The notes beneath the pieces are model-generated. The model was given only the letters and a program-made list of their open reading frames with translations, had not been told where the DNA came from and did no database searches. Below, piece after piece: positions 36,201 through 48,328 of a stretch of DNA of 64,000 bases. How positions within the stretch are numbered: the stretch's first letter is position 1; each line of letters begins with the position of its first letter. This stretch comes from Squalus acanthias. Its lineage: Eukaryota. The translations under genes were made by a program, and so were the position numbers. The DNA lies in the NCBI GenBank assembly GCA_030390025.1, contig JASTWF010000368.1, positions 372,001-436,000 of the forward strand. Reading direction: 5' to 3'.

Positions 36201-37230
36201 GCGTACGACCTTGCTGGCCCCGTCGCCGGCGATGATGTGCTCGCCATACTGAGGTGTTATAAAGGGCTACACTCACCCCAAGTCACAGGCCGGGCGATGG
36301 TTAAATGGCCTTGGTTTTTTTGTCTCTTCCCGGAGCAGAGGGGGTTGTTTTAAAAATGAAGGCACACCTCTCCCTTTGATGATTGGAATTGGGAGAGGGG
36401 CCTTCTCCCCTCTGCTCAAATGGGTAATTAATAGATAAAGGTACCTCGTTAGAGAGAGAGGCAGAGAGAGAGAGAGAGAGAGGGGGGGGTGGGAAGGAGG
36501 GAGGCCGCAGGGGCCTGTTCGCCACTCAGGATAGTGGGTGGGTGGGTGCTTACAGGTGTTAACTATAGTCCTTGTTGTCTGTCTGTTCTTCTGGTGGGGC
36601 GGGGGCGGGGGGGGAAGAAGATGTCTTCACCAGGGAAAATAAAGCTGGAGGTGCCCAGGCTCAGTCCACCACCAGGTCTGAACGATGTTGTAGATTGGGG
36701 AAATAGGTTGATGACTTTGCCTGGGCAGCTCCAGCTGTCCCAGGTCAAGCAATAGGCAAGGGGTGCTTGTTGATGGTGTTTGTGTGGCCTAGTTGTTAGC
36801 AAGAGCCAGATACACCCCTTGCTGTCCTGGTCGTCTTCTTCTTTCCTCCCCCCCCACCGAAACTACAAAGTCTTTTGGAGAGTGCCTTTTTTAACACCCA
36901 CCTCCTAGATGTTGTTTTCTTCTCAATGGCTCACCCTCCTTCCAAGCAGATGTTGGTCTTGGTTTTCTTCTCCCCTCTCCTGTAATGGAGACCAGTTGGG
37001 GAGGCAATGATGTAATGGCTTCCTTCTGTTGTTGTGTTGTTTTGGTCTCCTCTCCTCTCCTCTCTCTCTCTCTCCTCTCTCTCTCCTCTCCTCCTTTTGG
37101 CACCTCAGCAGTAGTAGTAGCAGCTGCAGGCGTGGTGGAGGTGGAACGGGTCTCCACTCTGCCCTTCGTGGCTCTGTCTTCTAGGCACAGAGAGAGTTCT
37201 CAGCAAACTGCACTCAGGGCAAAAATCACA
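30250..37230 (-). mobile_element. Full-length Tx1-clade (L1-group) non-LTR retrotransposon, frameshifted; ORF1 ~36247-34234, ORF2 ~34220-30303
   Basis: ORF1: SAIVAASKMYGKAVFFL, VLSNIPPF, CHACKEVGH zinc knuckle; ORF2: ASLNING, LQETH, GDFNC, RIDRLY, TDH (APE); KSPGLDGLTVEF, RPVSLLSTDYK, LDQEKAF, GVRQGCPMSG, YADDV (RT); C-terminal CLFCG. Confidence 0.92.
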
Positions 37231-37345
37231 CTGTTTTTATAGGCCCTGAAACAAAGGAGCTTGCTGGGGTCTGCTGCAGGAGAACCAGTTTAATCTAGTT
37301 TCCCTAATTAACTGCCTTCAACTGCTCTGAATTGTAGGCCTTGTA
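37231..37345 (-). repeat. 115-bp direct repeat copy 2 at the Tx1 5' end
   Basis: ctgtttttataggccctgaaacaaaggagc...ctgctctgaattgtaggccttgta. Confidence 0.92.
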
Positions 37346-37469
37346 TATCCTTTTATAACCCTGCTTAAACAGTAAACAGTAAATGTGAAACAAACAAGTT
37401 TATTTCAGCAAACAGTTACTACTCCCTGACTCACCCAACTCGCAGCACTCTGTTTAAACCGCACGAAGT

Positions 37470-38386
37470 CTCTCTCGCTCTCTCTCTGCTCCGCCTCTCG
37501 CTCTCTCGCTCCGCCTCTCGCTCTCTCGCTCCGCCTCTCGCTCTCTCGCTCCGCCTCTCGCTCTCTCGCTCCGCCTCTCGCTCTCTCGCTCCGCCTCTCG
37601 CTCTCTCGCTCCGCCTCTCGCTCTCTCGCTCCGCCTCTCGCTCTCTGGCTCCGCCTCTCGCTCTCTGGCTCCGCCTCTCGCTCTCTGCTCCGCCTCTCGC
37701 TCTCTGGCTCCGCCTCTCGCTCTCTGGCTCCGCCTCTCGCTCTCTGGCTCCGCCTCTCGCTCTCTGGCTCCGCCTCTCGCTCTCTGGCTCCGCCTCTCGC
37801 TCTCTGGCTCCGCCTCTCGCTCTCTGGCTCTCTGGCTCCGCCTCTCGCTCTCTGGCTCCGCCTCTCGCTCTCTGGCTCCGCCTCTCGCTCTCTGGCTCCG
37901 CCTCTCGCTCTCTGGCTCCGCCTCTCGCTCTCTGGCTCCGCCTCTCGCTCTCTGGCTCCGCCTCTCGCTCTCTGGCTCCGCCTCTCGCTCTCTGGCTCCG
38001 CCTCTCGCTCTCTGGCTCCGCCTCTCGCTCTCTGGCTCCGCCTCTCGCTCTCTGGCTCCGCCTCTCGCTCTCTGGCTCCGCCTCTCGCTCTCTGGCTCCG
38101 CCTCTCGCTCTCTGGCTCCGCCTCTCGCTCTCTGGCTCCGCCTCTCGCTCTCTGGCTCCGCCTCTCGCTCTCTGGCTCCGCCTCTCGCTCTCTGGCTCCG
38201 CCTCTCGCTCTCTGGCTCCGCCTCTCGCTCTCTGGCTCCGCCTCTCGCTCTCTGGCTCCGCCTCTCGCTCTCTGGCTCCGCCTCTCGCTCTCTGGCTCCG
38301 CCTCTCGCTCTCTGGCTCCGCCTCTCGCTCTCTGGCTCCGCCTCTCGCTCTCTGGCTCCGCCTCTCGCTCTCTGGCTCCGCCTCTC
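37470..38386. repeat. Highly homogeneous 20-bp tandem repeat (ctctcgctctctggctccgc)n running into the gap
   Basis: ~45 near-identical copies. Confidence 0.97.
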
Positions 38387-38586
38387 NNNNNNNNNNNNNN
38401 NNNNNNNNNNNNNNNNNNNNNNNNNNNNNNNNNNNNNNNNNNNNNNNNNNNNNNNNNNNNNNNNNNNNNNNNNNNNNNNNNNNNNNNNNNNNNNNNNNNN
38501 NNNNNNNNNNNNNNNNNNNNNNNNNNNNNNNNNNNNNNNNNNNNNNNNNNNNNNNNNNNNNNNNNNNNNNNNNNNNNNNNNNNNNN
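38387..38586. other. Assembly gap (200 N, arbitrary scaffold spacer)
   Basis: Exactly 200 n characters. Confidence 0.99.
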
Positions 38587-41274
38587 TCTGTAAGAAGTCT
38601 GTAGTGTCGCGACAGAAGCTGGGGGTTCCCTGTACGATGGGTTTCAGAATGCCCTCGACGTATCCAGAGAGGTTCTCACACAGGGTTCCATTGCCTGATA
38701 CGATAGGACGTCCGGGTGTGTTGGCTTTGTGTATCTTTGGGAGGCAGTAGAAGTCTCCCACGCGGGGATTACGTGGGATGAGAGCGCGTAGGATGTTTTG
38801 AAGGTCTGGATCGAAGGTCTTGATCAGTCTATTGAGTTGGCGGGTGTGTTCTTTGGTCGGATCTGCGGGTAGCTGTCTGTAGTGTTCCTGGTTGTCCAGT
38901 TGTCGGTATGCTTCTTTACAATAGTCCGTTCTGTTCTGTATGACGATGGCTCCTCCTTTGTCCGCTGGTTTGATGACAATGTTGCGGTTGGTCTTGAGAG
39001 CGTGGATGGCCATCCACGCTCTCAAGACCAACCGCAACATTGTCATCAAACCAGCGGACAAAGGAGGAGCCATCGTCATACAGAACAGAACGGACTATTG
39101 TAAAGAAGCATACCGACAACTGGACAACCAGGAACACTACAGACAGCTACCCGCAGATCCGACCAAAGAACACACCCGCCAACTCAATAGACTGATCAAG
39201 ACCTTCGATCCAGACCTTCAAAACATCCTACGCGCTCTCATCCCACGTAATCCCCGCGTGGGAGACTTCTACTGCCTCCCAAAGATACACAAAGCCAACA
39301 CACCCGGACGTCCTATCGTATCAGGCAATGGAACCCTGTGTGAGAACCTCTCTGGATACGTCGAGGGCATTCTGAAACCCATCGTACAGGGAACCCCCAG
39401 CTTCTGTCGCGACACTACAGACTTCTTACAGAAACTCAGCACCCACGGACCAGTTGAACCAGGAACACTCCTTGCCACGATGGACGTATCGGCACTCTAC
39501 ACCAGTATCCCCCACGATGACGGCATCGCTGCAACAGCCTCAGTACTCAACATCAACAACAGCCAATCTCCAGACGCCATCCTACAACTCATCCGCTTCA
39601 TCCTTGACCACAATGTCTTCACCTTCGACAACCATTTTTTTACCCAAACACACGGAACAGCCATGGGGACCAAATTCGCACCCCAATACGCCAACATCTT
39701 CATGCACAAGTTCGAGCAAGACTTCTTCGCTGCACAAGACCTCCAGCCAACGCTGTATACCAGATACATCGACGACATTTTCTTCCTTTGGACCCATGGC
39801 GAAGGATCACTGAAAAGACTACACGATAACATAAACATGTTCCATCCCACCATCAAACTCACCATGGACTACTCCTCAGAATCAGTCTCATTCCTGGACA
39901 CACGAATCTCCATCAAAGACGGACACCTCAGCACTTCACTCTACCGCAAGCCCACGGACAACCTCACGATGCTCCACTTCTCCAGCTTCCACCCTAACCA
40001 TGTTAAAGAAGCCATCCCCTATGGACAAGCCCTGCGAATACACAGGATCTGCTCAGACGAGGAGGAACGCGATGGACACCTACGGACGCTGAAAAACGCC
40101 CTCGTAAGAACGGGATATGACGCTCGACTCATCGATCGACAGTTCCGACGGGCCACAGCGAAAAATCGCATAGACCTCCTCAGAAGGCAAACACGGGACA
40201 CAACCAACAGGGTACCCTACGTCGTCCAGTACTTCCCCGGAGCGGAGAAACTACGCCATGTTCTTCGCAGCCTTCAACATGTCATCGATGACGACAAACA
40301 CCTCGCTAAGGCCATCCCCACGCCTCCACTACTTGCCTTCAAACAGCCGCCTAACCTCAGAAGTACCATCGTTCGCAGCAAATTACCCAGCTTTCAGGAT
40401 AACAGCGACCACGACACCACACAACCCTGCCATGGCAAACTCTGCAAGACATGCCAGATCATCAACACAGATACCACCATCACACGTGAGGACACTACCC
40501 ACCAGGTACATGGTACATACTCATGTGACTCGGCCAACGTTGTCTACCTCATACGTTGCAGGAAAGAATGCACCGCGGCATGGTACATCGGCGAGACCAT
40601 GCAGACACTGAGACAACGTATGAACGAGCACCGCGCAACAATCGCCAGGCAGGATTGTTACCTCCCAGTCGGGGAACACTTCAGCAGTCAAGGACATTCA
40701 GCCTCGGATCTGCGGGTAAGCATTCTCCAAGGCAACCTTAGAAACACACGACAACGCAAAATCATCGAGCAGAAACTGATAGCCAAGTTCCGCACTCATG
40801 AAGACGGTCTCAATCGGGATCTTGGGTTTATGTCACGATACATGACGTGATCCGGACTCGAGTCGTCGTTAGCTTGTTCACAGATGTGATTCCCAGTAAA
40901 AAAAGTAAAAATTTTCCCAGTAAAAAAGTAAAAAAATGTTAAAGCTTTTCGTTTTACATACAGACGGCAGCTTTTGACACGTTAGAACCCCTGCGACTAC
41001 ACCTCATTGTCTCAGTTGTATCTTGCTATGTCTTTGATGTGGTACCTTCCTGGCTGACTTAATTAACTTTATCACACCTCGGCAGATAGTCAGGATGATT
41101 TAATTTATTGGTCTGCAATTGTAAAGTACACATTCTTTGTTTTCCATCTATATATGCTTTGGAGATTCTGTATCTAATTTACTTCACCTGAGGAAGGAGC
41201 AAATCAATAGCTCCGAAAGCTTGTGATTTCAAATAAAACTGTTGGACTATAACCTGGTGTTGTGCGACCTCTCA
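38587..41274 (+). mobile_element. Penelope-like retroelement (PLE), 5'-truncated and inverted, with an uninterrupted RT + GIY-YIG ORF (genuine part ~39010-40850)
   Basis: IKPADKGGAIV, LPKIHK...PGRPIVS, MDVSALYT, GTAMG, RYIDDIFFLW, FLD, LYRKPT; NVVYLIRC...WYIGET...RQRMNEH (GIY-YIG); 38587-39009 is the reverse complement of 39010-39432. Confidence 0.95.
41184..41226 (+). ncRNA. Minimal type I hammerhead ribozyme motif at the PLE 3' end
   Basis: UCAC-CUGAGGA-A-GGAGC-aaaucaaua-GCUCC-GAAA-GC-UU/GUGA, followed by AATAAA. Confidence 0.72.
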
Positions 41275-42378
41275 ATTTTGTCAGATAGAAAACAGAGAGT
41301 TGGAATAAACGGCTCATTTTCTGAATGGCAGGCAGTAACAAGTGGGGTACCACAGGGATCTGTCCTGGGTCCCCAGCTGTTCACAATTTACATTAATGAC
41401 CTGGATCAGGGAGTCGGATGCAGCATTTCCAAATTTGCAGACGACACTAAACTAGGAGGGGGGGTGGGCTCAGAGGAGGAGACCAGGAAGCTCCAGAGCG
41501 ATTTGGACAGACTGGGTGATTGGGCGGATAAATGGCAGATGCACTATAATGTGGACAAGTGCGAAGTTATCCACCTTGGGTGCAGGAACGGGAGGGCAAA
41601 TTATTATTTAAATGGCAATAAATTGGGAGAGGGGGAAGTACAGAGAGACCTGGGTGTTCTTGTACACCAGTCACTGAAGGCGAGCATGCAGGTGCAACAG
41701 GCGGTCAAGAAGGCAAACGGTATGCTGGCCTTCATAGCAAAAGGGTTGGAATACAGGAACAGGGATACCTTGCTGCAGCTGTACAGGGCACTGGTGAGAC
41801 CACACCTCGAGTACTGTGTACAGTTTTGGTCGCCTCATCTGAGGAAAGATGTTCTTGCCATGGAGGGGGTGCAGCGGCGATTCACCAGGCTGATACCAGG
41901 AATGGCGGGATTGACCTATGAGGAGAGACTATGTAGTTTAGGGATGTACACACTGGAGTTTAGAAGATTGAGAGGGGACCTCATAGAAGTGTATAAAATT
42001 CTGACAGGTCTAGACAGACTAGATGCAGAAGGAATGTTTCCCTTGGCGGGTGAGAACAGAACTAGAGGACATAATTTAAGGATAAGGGCTAAACCATTTA
42101 GGACAGAAATGAGGGGGAATTTCTTCACTCAGAGGGTGGTGAACCTGTGGAACTCATTGCCACAGAGGGCAGTGTACGCCAGCTCATTAAATATATTTAA
42201 GAGGGAATTAGATATATTTCTACAGGCAAAAGGGGTTAAGGGTTACGGAGAGAAGGCGGGGACGGGATACTGAATTGGAGGATCAGCCATGATCTCATTA
42301 AATGGCGGAGCAGGCTCGAAGGGCCGGATGGCCTACTCCTGCTCCTATCTTCTATGTATCTATGTATCTATGTATGTA
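41275..42378 (+). mobile_element. CR1-type LINE 3' fragment with an open RT segment (ORF 41242-42273)
   Basis: GVPQGSVLGP, KFADDTKL, LVRPHLEYC; tail (tatgtatc)n. Confidence 0.94.
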
Positions 42379-43345
42379 TTTAATATTCTTTAATTTAAAG
42401 GAAGTAAAGGGAGTAAATTAAGGGTAGGACATGGCAGGGCAGCTCGGCAGCGTGGAGTGCTCCTCCTGTGCTATAGGGAAGTCAGGGACACTTTCAGTGT
42501 CCAGGACGAACACGTGTGCAGGAAGTGTCTCCAGCTGCAGCTACTCGAAATCCGCATTTTGGAGCTGGAGCTGCAGCAGGAGTCACTGTGGAGCATCCGC
42601 GAGGCTGAGATCTTCGTGGATAGCACGTTTAACGAGGTGGTCACACCACAGGTAAAGAGTGCACAGGCAGACAGGGAATGGGTGAACGCCAGACAGAGTA
42701 AAAGAACTAGGAAGGTACTGCAGGAGTCCCCTGGGTCCATCTCCCTCTTCCAACAGATTTTCCATTTTGGATACTGCTAGGGGAGATGGTTTCTCAGGGG
42801 AATGCAGCAAGAGCCAAGTCCGTGGCACTACGAGTGGCTCAGCTGCACAGGAGGGGAGGAAAAATAATGGGAGAGCAATAGTAATAGGGGATTCTATCGT
42901 AAGGGGAACAGATAGATGTTTCTGTGGCCGCAGACGTGACTCCAGGATGGTATGTTGCCTCCCTGGTGTCAGGGTCAAGGATGTCACTGAGCGGCAAAGA
43001 GGGTCAAAGTGCAGAAAAATATTAAACAGGCAAAGTTGAAGGCACTTTATCTAAATGCACGTAGCATTCGCAACAAGGTGGATGAATTAATGGCACTAAT
43101 AGAAGTAAATGGGTCTGATGTAATTGCCATTACAGAGACATGGTTGCAGGGTAACCAAAGCTGGGAACTGAATGTTCCAGGGTACTCAACTTTTAGGAAA
43201 GACAGACAAAAAGGAAAAGGAGGTGGCGTAGCGCTGTTAATAAGGGATGAGATCGGTACGATAGAGATAAAAGATCTTTGGCTTGGCAGATCGTGATGTA
43301 GAACTGGAATCAGTTTGGGTGGAGCTAAGAAACAGCAAAGGGTGG
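42378..43345 (+). mobile_element. CR1 ORF1 fragment (same family as 25843-30120, opposite strand) joined to an ORF2 endonuclease start
   Basis: 42378-42440 is the reverse complement of 29725-29788; MAGQLG...CRKC...VIGDSIVRG; then YLNARSIRNKVDEL...ITETWL...GGGVAL. Confidence 0.88.
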
Positions 43346-43409
43346 AAAACAATTCCCTCCCATCTGGTACTGTACAGCCCATGTGTGTGTCTCAGTGTCA
43401 GCACCTGTA

Positions 43410-44108
43410 CCTATACAATACATACAGTCTCTCTCTGTCCTTCTCCCTCTCTGTCGCGCTCCTCATTCTCTCCCTCTCCCTCTCTCTCCCTCCCTCCCTT
43501 GCTCTCCATCTGTCTCTCTCTCTATCTCTCCCCTATTTCTATCTCTCACTATCTCTCTCTATATATATATCTCCCCTCTCTCTGTCTCTGTCTCTCTTTA
43601 TCTCTCCCCTCTCTCTCTCCCTCTCCCCACATTCCCCCTCTCTTTCCCCCTCCCCACATTCCCCCTCTCTTTCCCCCTCCCCACATTCCCCTCTCTTTCC
43701 CCCTCTCCCCCTTTCTCTATCTCTCTCCATCTCTCTCCCCATCTCTAATCTCTTCCCCTCTCTCCCTCTCTCTATTTCTCTCCCTCTGTCTCTCCCCTCT
43801 CCATGTCTCTCCCCTCTCCATATCTCTCTCCCCACTCTACCTCTCCCCCACTCTCTCTATCTCTTTTCCCTCTGTCAATCTCTCTTCCTCTATCTATCTC
43901 TTCCCTCTCTCTCTATCGCTCCCCTCTATCTGTCTTTCTGTATCTCTGTCTCTTCCCATCTCCCTTCCCCTCTCTCCCCTCTGTCTCTCTTCCTCTCCCC
44001 TCTCTCTAGCTCTCTATCTCTCTCTCTATCTCTCTCTCTTTCCCCTCTCTCCAGCTCTCTCTCTATTTCTCTCCCTCTCCCTCTCCCTCTCTCCAGCTCT
44101 CTATCTCT

Positions 44109-44164
<56 letters not shown>

Positions 44165-45905
44165 CCACTCTCTCTGTCTCTCTCTATCTCCCCTCTCTCT
44201 CTCTTACTCTATCTCCCCTCTCTCTCTCTTACTCTATCTCCCCTCTCTCTCTCTTACTCTATCTCCCCTCTCTCTCTCTCTTACTCTATCTCCCCTCTCT
44301 CTTACTCTATCTCCCCTCTTTCTCTCTCCCCCCTCTCTCTCTCTATCTATCTCCCCTCTCTCTCTCTCTCTCTCTATCTCCCCTCTCTCTCTCTCTATCT
44401 CCCTTCTCTCTCTCTCTCTCTATCTATCTCTCTCCCTCCCTCCCCCCTCCCTCTCCCCTCCCTCTCCTCCCTCCCCCCTCCCTCCCCCCTCCCTCTCCTC
44501 TCTCTCCCCCCTCCCCTCCCTCTCCTCTCTCCCCCCTCCCTCTCCTCTCTCCCCCCTCCCTCTCCTCTCTCTCCCCCTCCCTCTCCCCCCTCCCTCTCCC
44601 CCCTCCCCCCTCCCTCCCCCCCCTCCCTCTCCCCCTCCCCCCTCCCTCCCCCCCTCCCTCCTCCCTCCCCCCCCTCCCTCTCCTCCCTCCCTCTCCCCTC
44701 TCTCTATCTCCCACCCTCGCTCTGTCTCTATCTCTCTCTCTCTCTCTCTATCTCCCCTCTCTCTCTCTCTCTCTCTATCTCCCTTCTCTCTCTCTCTCTC
44801 TCTCTATCTCCCTTCTCTCTCTCTCTCTCTCTCCCTTCTCTCTCTCTCTCTCTCTCCCTTCTCTCTCTCTCTCTCTCCCCTCTCTCTCTCTCTCTCTCCC
44901 CTCTCTCTCTCTCTCTCTCCCCTCTCTCTCTCTCTCTCTCTATCTCCCTTCTCTCTCTCTCCCTCCCTCTCCCCTCCCTCTCCCCTCTCTAGCTCTCTCT
45001 CTATCTCTCTATCTCTCTCTTTCCCCTCTCTCCAGCTCTTTCTCTATTTCTCTCCCCTCTCTCCCTCTCTCCCTCTCTCTCTTTCTCTATCTCTCTCCTT
45101 CCCTCTCCCCTCTCTCTAGCTCTCTATCTCTCTCTCTCTCTATCTCTCTCCCTCCCTCCCTCTCCCCTCTCTCCAGCTCTCTCTCTCTATCTCCCTCTGT
45201 CCAGCTCTCTCTCTCTCTCTCTATCTCCCCTCTCTCTCTCTCTCCCTCTCTCCAGCTCGCTCTCTCTCCCTCTCCCCTCTATATCTCTCTCTCTCTCCCT
45301 CGCTCTGTCTCTCTCCCTCCCTCACCCAGCTCTCTTTCACCCTGTCCCCTTTCTCTATCTCCCACTCTTGCTCTGTCTCGCTCCCTCTCTCTCCAGCTCT
45401 CTCTCCCTCTCTCCTTCCCTCCCTCTGTCTCTCTCCCTCCCTCTCCCCAGCTCTCTTTCTCCCCTCTCTTTATCTCCCACCCTCGCTCTGTCTCTCTCTC
45501 TCCCTCTCCCCTCTCCCCAGCTCTCTCTCCCCTCCCCTCTCTCTCCCCTCCCCTCTCCCCAGCTCTCTCTCCCCTCTCTATCTCCCTCCCTCCCTCTCTC
45601 TCTCTCTCTCCCTCCCTCTCTCTCTCTCCCTCCCTCTCTCTCCCTCTGTCTCTCTCCCTCCCGCTCCCCAGCTCTCTTTCTCCCTCTCCCTCTCTCTATC
45701 TCCCTCCCTCGCTCTATCTCTCTCCCTCCCTCTCCCCTCTCTCTATCTCCCACCCTCGCTCTGTCTCTCTCTCTCTCCCCCTCCCTCTCCTCCCTCTCCC
45801 CCCCTCCCTCTCCCCCCCTCCCTCTCCTCCCTCTCCCCTCTCTCTCTCTCCCACCCTCTCTCTGTCTCTCTCTCTCTCCCTCCCTCTCCCCAGCTCTCTC
45901 TCTCT
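43410..45905. repeat. 2.5-kb polypyrimidine (CT/CCCT/CTAT) low-complexity tract; similar tracts at 46140-46520, 51780-52470, 59210-59690, 61440-61665
   Basis: Direct inspection. Confidence 0.95.
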
Positions 45906-46071
45906 GCTCCGCCCCGGGTTCCGCCCTGCCCTCATTCTCTGCCTGGGGGACTGGGCTGCTTGCTGCCTCTGGTTTAAAGGGCGAGGGGCGGAGAGCCGGA
46001 CTCGGGGCGGACGGAGGCGGCAGTCCTGGCCGGAGCGGGGGCTCCCATCCCGGGCTCGGGGAGCCGACACC
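45905..46071 (+). promoter_or_regulatory. PITPNM1: Candidate PITPNM1 promoter and non-coding first exon
   Basis: Small CpG-rich island with GC boxes (GGGGCGG), TTTAAA at ~45973 and ACC|GTGAGC donor at 46072; the ATG exon has an upstream acceptor, so a 5' exon is required. Confidence 0.5.
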
Positions 46072-46178
46072 GTGAGCTGCACTGCATCTTTACTGAGCTG
46101 CTCTTTAATAGAGATTAGTGACATTTATCATTTCAATAGAGGAAATCTCTCTGTCTTTCTCTCTCTCTATCTGTCTTT

Positions 46179-46213
<35 letters not shown>

Positions 46214-46444
46214 GTCTTCTCTCTCTGTCTCTCTCTCGCTCTGTCTTTCTCTCTCTCTCTCTCTGGCTTTCTCTCTCACTCTATCTGTCTTTTTCTCTCT
46301 CTCTGTCTTTCTCTCTCTGTCTCTCTCTTATCTCTCTCTCTCTCTCGCTCTCTGTCTCTGTCTCTCTCTCTGTCTTTCTCTCTATCTCTGTCTCTCTCTC
46401 TCTCAGGCTTTCTCTCTCACTCTGACTCTTTCTCTCTATCTCTA

Positions 46445-46485
<41 letters not shown>

Positions 46486-46794
46486 GTCTGTCTCTGTCTC
46501 CATCTCTCTCTCTCTCCAGATTTCTTGGCTGCCCCTTGTTAATTTCAGCCTGAAACTGACTGAAGGAATCTCCCAGTAGGGGCTGGGTAAATGACAGGGT
46601 GGCATCTGGGGCGGGGATTGGGTTGGGGTGGGGTGGGGTGGGGGTTAGTCCCCTCCAGGGCTGTGAGAGGGGTTGGTCGTGCAATCATCATCATCCTCCT
46701 CCCTCCCTCCCCCATTCCTGGGTCCTCCCCGCCCCCGGCCTGTATCTCGCATCCCTCGGAGTGGCCCCATCCTGAGTGCAGACAGTGCCAGAGG

Positions 46795-48090
46795 GAAATA
46801 ACAACAGAAAACGCTGGAAAAACTCAGCAGGCCAGGCAGCATCCGTGGAGAGAGAAAGAGAGTTGACGTTTCAGGTCGATGACCTTTCATCAGAACTGGG
46901 AAGAGCTGGAAATCAAATAGATTTAAGGCCAGGGTAAAGCTGGGAAAAGGGGGAGGGGATAAAGGAACAAAGGAGGAGATGAAGAGACATTAAGAGACAT
47001 TAAGAGATATGCAAGGCTAGAGGTGGTGTTAATGTGACAGATTAAGGCTGAATGAAGTGTGAAATCCACTGGCAGAATGAAGGACAGCTGCCAGCTTCTA
47101 GGAGGAAAAAAAAAAGGTGGGGGGGACAAATAAAAGGGTGGAAAAAATAAAATATAAATGTGATTGGAGCTGAGGTTATGATCTAAAATTGTTGAACTCG
47201 ATATTGAGTCCAGAGGGCTGTAGCGTGCCTAAACGAAAGATGAGGTGCTGTTCCTCGAGCTTACGCTGCGCTTCCGTGGAACAGTGTAATAGGCCGAGGA
47301 CGGTGAGGTCAGAGTGGGAGTGAAGCGGTGAATTAAAGTGACAGGCCACCGGGAGCTCGGGGTCCCCCTTACGGACTGAACGGAGGTGTTCCGCAAAGCG
47401 GTCACCCAATCTGCGTTTGGTCTCCCCAATGTAGAGGAGTCCACATCGTGAGCAGCGAATACAGTATACTAAATTGCAGGAAGTACAAGTAAATCGCTGT
47501 TTCACCTGGAAGGGGTGTTTGGGGCCCTGGACAGTGGGAAGAGGGGAGGTATAAGGGCATGTGTTGCATCTCCTGCGCGTGCACGGGAAGGTGCCGGGCG
47601 AAGGGGAAGGGGTGCTGGGGGTGGTAGAGGAGTGGACTAGGGTGTCGCGGAGGGAGCGGTCCCTGCGGAATGCTGAAAGGGGAGGTGAGGGGAAGATGTG
47701 TTTGGTGGTGGGATCACGCTGGAGGTGGCGGAAATGGCGGAGGATGATCCGTTGAATGTGGAGGCTGGTGGGGTGAAAGGTGAGGACAAGGGGAACCCTA
47801 TCGTGGTTCCGGGAGGGAGGGGCAGGGGTGAGGGCAGATGTGCGGGAGATAGAACGGACACGGTCGAGGGCCGTGTCGACCACGGTAGAGGGGAATCCTC
47901 GGTTGAGGAAAAAGGAAGACATGTCGGAAGCACTGGTATGGAAGGTGGCATCATCAGAGCAGATGCGGCGGAGACGGAGAAACTGGGAGAATGGAATAGA
48001 GTCCTTACAGGAGGCGGGGTGGGAGGAAGTGTAGTCCAGGTAGCTGTGGGAGTCGGTGGGCTTGTAGTGAATGTTAGTCAATAACCTATC
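46795..48090 (-). mobile_element. Second-family Penelope-like element, 3' part (RT thumb + GIY-YIG ORF 47176-48081, 3' UTR, hammerhead)
   Basis: HYKPTDSHSYLDYTSSHP...RLRRICSDD; CTRRRCNTC; NLVYCIRCSRCGLLYIGETKRRLGDRFAEH...ACHFN...GLN. Confidence 0.92.
46861..46897 (-). ncRNA. Canonical-core minimal type I hammerhead ribozyme
   Basis: Minus strand AGUU-CUGAUGA-A-AGGUC-AUC-GACCU-GAAA-CG-UC/AACU: perfect stem I and stem II, CUGAUGA and GAAA core, GUC cleavage triplet. Confidence 0.85.
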
Positions 48091-48328
48091 CCCAGAGATG
48101 CCAGAGGGATATTCGACTGCATGGGCATCATACCGAGCCCAGATCTGCTCTCAGCTGACAGAGAGCAGGAAAGGCCCAGGCTCCATCCCCGGCCTGTGCT
48201 CCGTTGGCCTGATCTCACACCTGGTGTGGTACTGACACCCACACACACCTTCTCAAGGGCAATTAGGGATGGGCAATAAATGCTGGCCTTGCCTGCGACG
48301 CCCACATCCCAGGAACAAATAACAAAAA

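Noticed and set aside
37454..39079. 541-aa ORF fusing RT sequence to (RARGGAREREAEPESERRSQ)n
   Set aside because: Runs through the N gap; it is the palindromic PLE arm joined to a satellite
43283..46425. 569-aa and 1036-aa Leu/Ser/Pro ORFs, and similar ones at 21254-21954 and 51609-52581
   Set aside because: Translations of CT/GA microsatellites
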